From NCBI GenBank assembly GCA_963796955.1, contig CAWCNJ010000008.1, positions 256,001-320,000 of the forward strand: 64,000 bases of DNA. Reading direction: 5' to 3'. The first letter of the stretch is position 1. Every line of letters begins with the position of its first letter. Below the pieces are notes generated by a model that saw only the letters and a list, made by a program, of their open reading frames with translations, searched no databases and was not told the origin of the DNA. A program made the translations under genes and the position numbers. Positions 59,701 through 64,000 of this stretch are shown here, piece by piece. This DNA comes from Endomicrobiales bacterium (lineage in GTDB: Bacteria > Elusimicrobiota > Endomicrobiia > Endomicrobiales > JALOBY01).

Positions 59701-61606
59701 ACCGGTGATCACCGACAACCAATCTGGCGATTACACCTGGTACACCTCTTCAAATTCATTTACCGCCAAGCAATATGACGTCGATTTCCAATCCTTCGAC
59801 AACGACTACATTTCATCCGTTACCGTCCAAGCCTGGAGCGGCCTTGCACAAAGCGGCTCTAAATATGTTGACTGGACCGCCGTTGTTTCTACCGGCACCG
59901 TATTATCTTACACCCAGAACTGGGCGTTGTCGCCCGCGCCCTTCACCGGCCTTGCGCCGGAATATATCTGGAACCTGCTGCATGAAGGCACCAACTACAT
60001 CACTGTCCAAGCATACGATATGGCCTTGGATTCCAGCACTAAGCAGGATGCCTTCTTTGTCCTGAAAGACACCAACGGCCCAACGATCACCAACAACCAG
60101 TCAGGCGACAATACCTGGCGCAACGTCGTCGGCACTGTGTATAACGTCGATTTCCAGGACTTGATATCGGGCACGACCGAGGCGGATTATCTTATTAAAG
60201 ACGGTTCAGGCAACCAGCTCTTCGGCTGGACCCCGGTATTCACTAATGCCGGCGGTGTGGGAAGCTACACCACGGACTGGCCGATATCGGCCGGGGCCTT
60301 CACTGCACTGCCCGACGGTTCCACCGGGTACGTCTACCTGCGCTCGTTCGATAAGGCCGGCAATGCTACCACGAATCTCACACCATCCTTCTACATCCTG
60401 AAAGACACAGACACGCCGTTCATCAACGTAGCCGCCCAGAAGTACTACATGTCCTCGCACGACTTCAGCCTTAAGAACTATGCTACCTTCTTTGACCCGA
60501 AGAATAGCTTTACACCCGGCGTTTCCGGTTTGAACGCTATCCAATACTTTATCTCTACCGGCACCGCGATGACCGGCACGCCGGTTAAGAACTGGACGGC
60601 TATCCCCGGCTTAACGGTGGGGACAACATGGTTCACTAATAACTGGCAGATCGATTTCGCCTCCCTGCCGGGCGCAGTGACCTGCTACGTTTCGCTTTCC
60701 GCAGCTGACCTTGCAGGCAACACCTCAACTTTTGTTGACGCCTTCAGGGTCTTTAAGTCCACTATAGCCGCACCGGTGATTACCGATAACCAGACCGGCG
60801 ATTACACCTGGTACACCTCTTCAAATTCATTTACCGCCAAGCAATATGACGTTGATCTCCAGTCCTTCGATAACGACTACATTTCATCCGTTACCGTCCA
60901 AGCCTGGAGCGGCCTTGCCCAAAGCGGCTCTAAATATGTTGACTGGACCGCCGTTGTTTCTACCGGCACCGTATTATCTTACACCCAGAACTGGGCGTTG
61001 TCGCCCGCACCCTTCACCGGCCTTGCGCCTGAATACATCTGGAACCTGCTGCATGAAGGCACCAACTACATCACTGTCCAAGCATACGATATGGCCCTGG
61101 ATTCCAGCACTAAACAGGATGCCTTCTTTGTCCTGAAAGACACCAACGGCCCAACGATCACCAACAACCAGTCAGGCGACAACACCTGGCGCAATACGTT
61201 CGGCACAACCTACAATGTTGATTTCCAAGACTTAATATCGGGCACGACCGAGGCGGATTATCTTATTAAAGACGGTTCAGGCAACCAGCTCTTCGGCTGG
61301 ACCCCGGTATTCACTAATTCGGGCGGCGTGGGAAGCTACACCACAGACTGGCCGATATCGGCTGGCGCCTTCGCCGCCCTGCCCGACGGTTCCACCGGGT
61401 ACGTCTACCTGCGCTCGTTCGACAAGGCCGGCAATGCTACCACAAATCTCACACCATCATTCTTTATCTTGAAAGATACCGATGCACCAACGGTAACGGT
61501 CGCGGCGCTAAATACTACATGTCATCGCATGATCTGGGACTTAAGAACTACACGAACTTCTATGATCCGCTGGTCGCCGGAAGGTCCCCGGGTGCTTCCG
61601 GCCTGA
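47744..61606 (+). CDS. giant repeat surface protein with N-terminal S24/S26-like peptidase domain and internal signal peptide (reading frame shifts near 61509)
   Basis: 4620-aa ORF; GGSMRP...GDIVIY...HRV; hydrophobic segment ending SQA at aa 138; Fn3/Ig-like repeats. Confidence 0.9.
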   Translation: MSDTKVFLATGGSMRPLFSSGEPVWAVPISNSEALRPGDIVIYTRARAKFMHRVLSVSGDTCTVFSDSAVCQPHTISVNSIIAKPISRMQGTHGLLWGLACNAFYQVSRFLKHRASRILSVAAVLTIAYCLLPLTSQAYTRVKTVEFNFGGYYSATNVASWTPPYVTINLPDAIASSPIKDAVLDIQYQSIPAVTNKDSPTTAIDVLFSTGNAAGGAAIDGIGTGVTMPTSSRKNDIMCLRFDATSKMTAWSNTPYSMKITLTGSNGILYNLYSAKLFITYYYDDTATTQVKTVHFPLFSTSADGKSGVASYLAQRGNTTSALYYDAEIPEISFTRKQAWFEVRGYRQSGGSATDGTIYAKIGANAKQGTTTLDGSMTGSYWIRYLTSTGTPAGFAENTYQTLNVVTATNATMNVLGGELVETYEYNATTFPQEKTLNYFLCQSTGGASDPANFTVPLYINESTVTIKRIYALMYGSYNNTGAALNLTVNSKIKGQALTARTYSLATTVTQASGFVLYHDLTQGATWWVNGSSVTLSWNANANLGGIGAELIVTYTYNNDDSFTDSYRIWGGETTNQVTNGTYYNSNLNLYFPDPEVPTGKKTLRSAFFRYNFIQGDSAVTANPQTTIGVNGSVPDRQVVQHYGTTENFHAVALYDFTKNITPASTTVAGNFTLSNDPFNTAGIASVIYEYKPVPVAPSALTQYQNDDVTIMPLGDWENLQGKHLRFTFSSKITGDSLYPVVEVKPAAGSFDGITNLSTGTVQTYNGSSLSADIFISTGQGAYQWRASVVGSAGRSAWTNFGAPGTTHFGIDLSTPAIPVLATPSSGTATSDQTPTLTWNALTDTGGSGLSGYLLQIATSTNFNPVFYSSITANTSFTSTFTWTQAPYYWRTRSQDAAGNFSAYSDTWTIIIDSTPPLQVTTYLAPANQAFSSSTIQTFSWASSTDTPAGVQNYILQLSTAADFSAIAYSSVTVSTGAVMNITQSSYTWRVNVQDWANNYTTSTLKYSVVIDSSPPPPVTTISTPSDDSASNVQLQTFNWTGVVSLPAPTKAYFLQVSTAPDFSVINYSSATATNSAQLTLNQSSYTWRVNVQDYALNYTTSPAVFHVIVDTTQPAQVTNYIAPGNQVFSSTTSTTFSWSASTDTPAGIKNYILQLSTAPDFSGTIISSTTPALSAQMSLSQSSYTWRVNAQDWANNYTTSTLKYSVVIDSSPPPQITTLSTPSNGLATNTQTQTFSWVGVASFPAPIQNYILQLSTAANFTGTIISSVTAATSAVLTLNQSSYTWRVNVQDYALNYTTSAATFNLVIDTTPPPAVSTLLGPSPDGLASATTTQVFSWTGVTDTPALVKNYIVQVSTAGDFSKIAYSSVTANTSATIALIQSSYTWRVNVQDYALNYTTSPSVYHIVIDTTPPPAVSTLNGPANNVPVNNLNQTFSWTGVTDLPSMLKNYIVQLSTASDFSKIAYSSVTALNNATISLNQSSYTWRVNVQDYALNYTTSSAVFFVLVDTTLPVITNLQAGDATWRSAPGNTYNVQFGDQGFAQSKLNSIQYEVITATGFTAIPWTDIAAPPINQPTYVTPWQVNFNALVEAVTNFVSIRATDLAGNTSTYTNAFYVLKDVSVPSIVDNQFGDTIWRNAAGATYDLDFFDNGGSGIDHVNYSDTYYVNNTPGASVFTNRTLISQATLNATTSYITTWQIPDFNLLLEGKNFIGVTVYDRAGLSQTLSSYPEPFYILKDTTAPTIINGQAGDNTWRPANTGQYNVDFQDASSGSGVAGFDMLASTVAGGTQSLLIPWTQVLSTNTYLYTQSWPIPDAVFTALRSGHEPNRISLRTYDFAANTSAVTTDAFYILKDTIPPTMSNNQAGDNTWRTLGGTTYNVGFADAESWAAGARYTVRNGPTTGDTEWAPSWQPIFSSTGTPSYNTNWQLDFNSLWGATNYVFVQYWDVAGTTITPTTPVFYIKKDNVAPTVQNNQSGDNTWRNAPGTAYDVDFQDSISGVSQADYMVKDAVGNTVIPWTNIFTNPAGQASYTTNWALSVATFTALLDGASNFVYVRDYDVAGNLTAPVNPQFYILKDTDLPTVQLGAQRYFMSSHDLGLQNYPDFFDPKNSRTPGASGLASIQYYISTGTAMTGTAVENWTSIAGLTPGTTWFTNQWSVNFAPLPGATTCYVSVQATDLAGNTTIFMDAFRVFKSTIPAPVITDNQTGDYTWYTSSNSFTTKQYDVDFRSFDNDNISSVTVQSWSGLAQTGSKYVDWTAVVSTGTVLSYTQNWTLTPAPFTGFAPEYIWNLLHEGTNYITVQAYDMALDSSTKQDAFFVLKDTNGPTITNNQSGDLTWRNAVGTTYNVDFQDLISGTTEADYLIKDGSGNQLLGWTPVFTNSGGVGSYTTDWPISAGAFTALPDGSTGYVYLRSFDKAGNATTNLTPSFYILKDTDTPFINVAAQKYYMSSHDFSLKNYAGFFDPKNSYTPGASGLNTIQYFISTGTAMTGTPVKNWTTIPGLTVGTTWFTNNWQIDFASLPGAVTCYVSLSAADLAGNTSTFVDAFRVFKSTIAAPVITDNQTGDYTWYTSSNSFTAKQYDVDFQSFDNDYISSVTVQAWSGLAQSGSKYVDWTAVVSTGTVLSYTQNWALSPAPFTGLAPEYLWNLLHEGTNYITVQAYDMALDSTTKQDAFFVLKDTNGPTITNNQSGDNTWRNTVGTTYNVDFQDLISGTTEADYMIKDGSNNQLLGWTPVFTNAGGVGSYTTDWPISAGAFTALPDGSTGYVYLRSFDKAGNATTNLTPSFYILKDTDTPFINVAAQKYYMSSHDFSLKNYATFFDPKNSFTPGASGLNAIQYFISTGTAMTGTPVKNWTTIPGLTVGTTWFTNNWQIDFAALPGAVTCYVSVSAADLAGNTSTFVDAFRVFKSTIAAPVITDNQSGDYTWYTSSNSFTAKQYDVDFQSFDNDYISSVTVQAWSGLAQSGSKYVDWTAVVSTGTVLSYTQNWALSPAPFTGLAPEYLWNLLHEGTNYITVQAYDMALDSSTKQDAFFVLKDTNGPTITNNQSGDNTWRNTVGTTYNVDFQDLISGTTEADYMIKDGSNNQLLGWTPVFTNSGGVGSYTTDWPISAGAFTALPDGSTGYVYLRSFDKAGNATTNLTPSFYILKDTDTPFINVAAQKYYMSSHDFSLKNYATFFDPKNSFTPGASGLNAIQYFISTGTAMTGTPVKNWTTIPGLTVGTTWFTNNWQIDFAALPGAVTCYVSVSAADLAGNTSTFVDAFRVFKSTIAAPVITDNQTGDYTWYTSSNSFTAKQYDVDFQSFDNDYISSVTVQAWSGLAQSGSKYVDWTAVVSTGTVLSYTQNWALSPAPFTGLAPEYLWNLLHEGTNYITVQAYDMALDSTTKQDAFFVLKDTNGPTITNNQSGDNTWRNAVGTVYNVDFQDLISGTTEADYLIKDGSGNQLFGWTPVFTNAGGVGSYTTDWPISAGAFAALPDGSTGYVYLRSFDKAGNVTTNALPSFYILKDTDVPTVQVNGQTFFQGAYQFGAIHDVDFFDPKNSNTPGASGLSSIQYFISTGPAMTGTVMKNWTSIPGLVTGSTFYTTNWAIDYTALTQLVTGYVSVQAVDQAGNTTTYLDAFRVLKTTATAPLISNNQTGDFKWYGSSTAMLSSTYNMSFQSIAGPAVYISSVSVQIYSKPGSSGTKLVDWTTVVSTGNVLTYSVPWQLKPSTWTTQPDYFWNLMQEGTNYISVQVLDINADSATATDAFFIRKDTTTPGIINNQTGDNVWRNTAAAVYDVDINDLTSGTTEADYKIMDASKVTTLVDWTPFLTNPTGVKSQTANWGINPADFAQLPSGATSYVYVRAFDLAGNTTQPINAQFYILKDTNVPTVSVNASNYYLSSRDFGTQNYAGFYDPLVQGRTPGASGLNAIQYFISTGTAMTGTPVKNWTAIPGLTVGTTWFTNNWQIDFASLPGAVTCYVSLSAADLAGNTSTFVDAFRVFKSTIAAPVITDNQSGDYTWYTSSNSFTAKQYDVDFQSFDNDYISSVTVQAWSGLAQSGSKYVDWTAVVSTGTVLSYTQNWALSPAPFTGLAPEYIWNLLHEGTNYITVQAYDMALDSSTKQDAFFVLKDTNGPTITNNQSGDNTWRNVVGTVYNVDFQDLISGTTEADYLIKDGSGNQLFGWTPVFTNAGGVGSYTTDWPISAGAFTALPDGSTGYVYLRSFDKAGNATTNLTPSFYILKDTDTPFINVAAQKYYMSSHDFSLKNYATFFDPKNSFTPGVSGLNAIQYFISTGTAMTGTPVKNWTAIPGLTVGTTWFTNNWQIDFASLPGAVTCYVSLSAADLAGNTSTFVDAFRVFKSTIAAPVITDNQTGDYTWYTSSNSFTAKQYDVDLQSFDNDYISSVTVQAWSGLAQSGSKYVDWTAVVSTGTVLSYTQNWALSPAPFTGLAPEYIWNLLHEGTNYITVQAYDMALDSSTKQDAFFVLKDTNGPTITNNQSGDNTWRNTFGTTYNVDFQDLISGTTEADYLIKDGSGNQLFGWTPVFTNSGGVGSYTTDWPISAGAFAALPDGSTGYVYLRSFDKAGNATTNLTPSFFILKDTDAPTVTVAALNTTCHRMIWDLRTTRTSMIRWSPEGPRVLPA
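50176..52264 (+). repeat. seven ~99-aa fibronectin-III-like repeats
   Basis: Consensus D.TPP...TFSW....D.P....NYILQ.ST..DFS...SS.T......L.QSSYTWRVNVQD.A.NYTTS. Confidence 0.85.
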
Positions 61607-63290
61607 ACTCTATCCAGTACTACATTTCCACCGCGACCGCGATGTCCGGTTCTATCCCTGTCAAAAATTGGACAGCTATCCCCGGCTTAACGCTGGGAAC
61701 AACGTGGTACACCTCCAACTGGCAAATTGATTTCGCTTCACTGCCCGGTGCGGTAACGTGTTATGTTTCAGTTCAGGCTGCCGACCTTGCCGGAAACACT
61801 TCAACCTACGTTGACGCCTTCAGGGTTTTCAAATCCACAATTGCCGCACCAGCAATAACCAACAACCAGACCGGCGATTATACGTGGTATATTTCTTCGA
61901 ACGTATTCACAACCAAACAATATGATGTTGATTTCCAATCCCTTGATAATGACTATATCTCCTCTGTAACCGTTCAAGCCTGGAGCGGTCTCGCGCAGTC
62001 TGGTTCTAAATATGTGACTGGACCGCTGTTGTTTCTACCGGCACAGTATTGTCTTATACCCAGAACTGGGCGTTGACGCCCGCACCCTTCACCGGCCTTG
62101 CGCCGGAATATATCTGGAACCTGCTGCATGAAGGCACCAACTACATCACCGTTCAGTCCTTTGATATGGCCCTGGATTCCAGCACTAAACAGGATGCCTT
62201 CTTTGTCCTGAAAGACACCAACGGCCCAACGATCACCAGCAACCAGTCAGGCGACAACACCTGGCGCAACGCGGTCGGCACTGTTTACAACGTCGATTTT
62301 CAGGACTTGATATCGGGCACGACCGAGGCGGATTATCTTATTAAAGACGGTTCAGGCAACCAGCTCTTCGGCTGGACCCCGGTATTCACTAATGCCGGCG
62401 GTGTGGGAAGCTACACCACGGACTGGCCGATATCGGGCGGCGCCTTTAACGCACTGCCTGATGGTTCCACCGGGTACGTTTACCTGCGCTCGTTCGATAA
62501 AGCCGGCAATGTTACCATGAACCTCACACCATCCTTCTTTATCTTAAAAGATACTGACACCCCTACGGTAACGGTCGCGGCGCAGAAATACTACATGTCA
62601 TCGCGCGACTTTGGCGCACGGAACTATACGAATTTCTATGACCCGCTGGTACCGGGACAATCACCCGGCGCTTCCGGCTTGAACGCTATCCAGTACTACA
62701 TTTCCACCGCGACCGCGATGTCCGGTTCTATTCCTGTCAAAAACTGGACGGCTATCCCCGGTTTGGCGGTTGGAACAACGTGGTTTACTTCCAACTGGCA
62801 AATTGATTTCGCTTCACTACCGGGAGCAGTTACCTGCTACGTCTCTGTCTCTGCTGCCGACCTTGCAGGTAACACTTCTACGTATGTTGATGCTTTCAGG
62901 ATCTTTAGATCGACCGTTCTTGCGCCGGCCATTGTGATCAATGAAGCAGCAGATTACAACTGGTACGGGGCCTCTACACCATTTGTTTCAAGGCTCCACG
63001 ACATCGATTTTGATTCCTTTGATAACGATTTTATTTCAACGGTTACCGCGAGCGCCTACAGTCTGCCGTCGCTTGGCGGCACGCAGCGCTTTGCCGACAC
63101 CATCATAATCGCCACCGGCACCGTCTATGCCTATACGGCGAACTGGCCGCTGACGCCGGTGGTAAGCGCGGCACCGGAATATCTGTGGAACCTGCTGGCC
63201 GAAGGGACTAATTACATTTCTCTGCAGGCGTATGATATCATGAATGATTCAACACCTGCTGTCGACGCCTTCAGGGTGTTTAAAGACACG
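53640..63290 (+). repeat. about nine tandem ~1071-bp (357-aa, three-domain) units
   Basis: Equivalent positions at 54411, 55482, 56553, 57624, (one diverged unit), 59775, 60846, 61922 and 62998. Confidence 0.92.
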
Positions 63291-64000
63291 ACACCGCCGG
63301 TGATCTCAAACCTGATGGCCGGCGGCGACAACACCTGGCGCAACAGCAACAGCGCGACCTACAACGTCGGTTTAAGGGACATCCTCTCAGGCCTTGGCAG
63401 TGCGGACTATATCATACATGCCAATTCCTACACAGGAACGCTGCTACAGGATTGGAGTTCGATAAACACCATAACCATCGGATCAACATTATACAATGGC
63501 GCGCCATGGAGCATTTCAGCGGCCGCATGGAACGCGATACCTGAAGGAACGACGGCGTACGTATCAGTAAGGGTTTTTGACCGCGCGAGTGTCGGCGCAA
63601 GCCAGGATTGTTTCTATATTTTGAAAGATACCACCCCGCCGACCGTGCCGGTGACGACGGCGCCAGCAACAAATGCGATCCTTGCCTCCGCCAATGTGAA
63701 CTTCTCATGGAACGGATCGACCGACACCGTAAGCCATGTTGATCATTACGATATCGTTGCCGCTACATCCAGCGACTTTGGAAATATCCGCTACAGCGCC
63801 ACCGTACCTGCTAACGCAGCATCGGCTCTCTTAAGCGAAAGTACCTGGTATTGGAAGGTGCGCTCAGCGGACACCGCCGGCAATGCTTCCGCTTACTCAA
63901 CCGCGGTTTCGTTCACCGTCAGCACCAGCGCGCCTTCAGGGCCACTGCTCAGCGCGCCGCTCAACGGCGCAACGACCAACGTCATGCTGATCAATTACCG
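61510..64000 (+). CDS. continuation of the giant protein after two -1 frameshifts; open to the window end
   Basis: Repeat sequence continues in a new frame at 61510-62015, then from 62016 with no stop to 64000 (read codon by codon); returns to Fn3-like units near 63630. Confidence 0.85.

Noticed and set aside
54449..61136. Recurrent small ORFs (MTSISNPS..., MDSVQTG..., MFRGGIQG...)
   Set aside because: Alternative-frame by-products of the 1071-bp repeats.
61519..62076. Independent 185-aa gene
   Set aside because: It is the segment of the giant protein between the two frameshifts.
53640..63290. Diversity-generating retroelement template/variable repeats
   Set aside because: No reverse transcriptase in the window; differences are mostly synonymous rather than adenine-specific.

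Overview
Bacterial chromosomal window in which essentially every credible gene is on the + strand. Gene content and the Ser/Thr-rich giant protein suggest an anaerobe, possibly Elusimicrobiota; that assignment is a low-confidence impression. From left to right: (1) the tail of an Mrp-antiporter-like/group-4 hydrogenase membrane module, then hycI-hypF-hypC-hypD-hypE; (2) an epimerase/SDR + serine palmitoyltransferase + bCerS-like GNAT trio resembling a bacterial ceramide pathway; (3) housekeeping genes (nusB, ligA, recX, purH, lipA, alaS, def, tRNA-Arg, CCA-type nucleotidyltransferase, mfd, two PPIases, tRNA-Gly), interleaved with GGDEF, HD-GYP and PAS proteins, an M16 peptidase pair and a peptide ABC transporter. 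The most interesting region starts at about 44.2 kb. It is a translationally coupled operon: degenerate HD-GYP, HprK-like kinase, PqqD/RRE, radical SAM/SPASM. Next comes a 49-aa Cys-containing precursor-like peptide with a YxxP leader motif (47571-47720) that the ORF track misses. After it lies a giant (>5,400 aa, runs off the window) repeat protein whose N-terminus is an S24/S26-type peptidase domain placed ahead of an internal signal peptide. This looks like a RiPP-type modification system physically fused to a giant surface protein. The giant gene has about nine ~1071-bp tandem units and two apparent 1-bp deletions (about 61509 and 62015). Non-coding oddities include a covarying hairpin element in inverted orientation flanking a gene after tRNA-Arg, a structured trailer antisense to tRNA-Gly, and two 9-bp-period GATC arrays. 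All calls come from motif reading by eye; no database searches were run.
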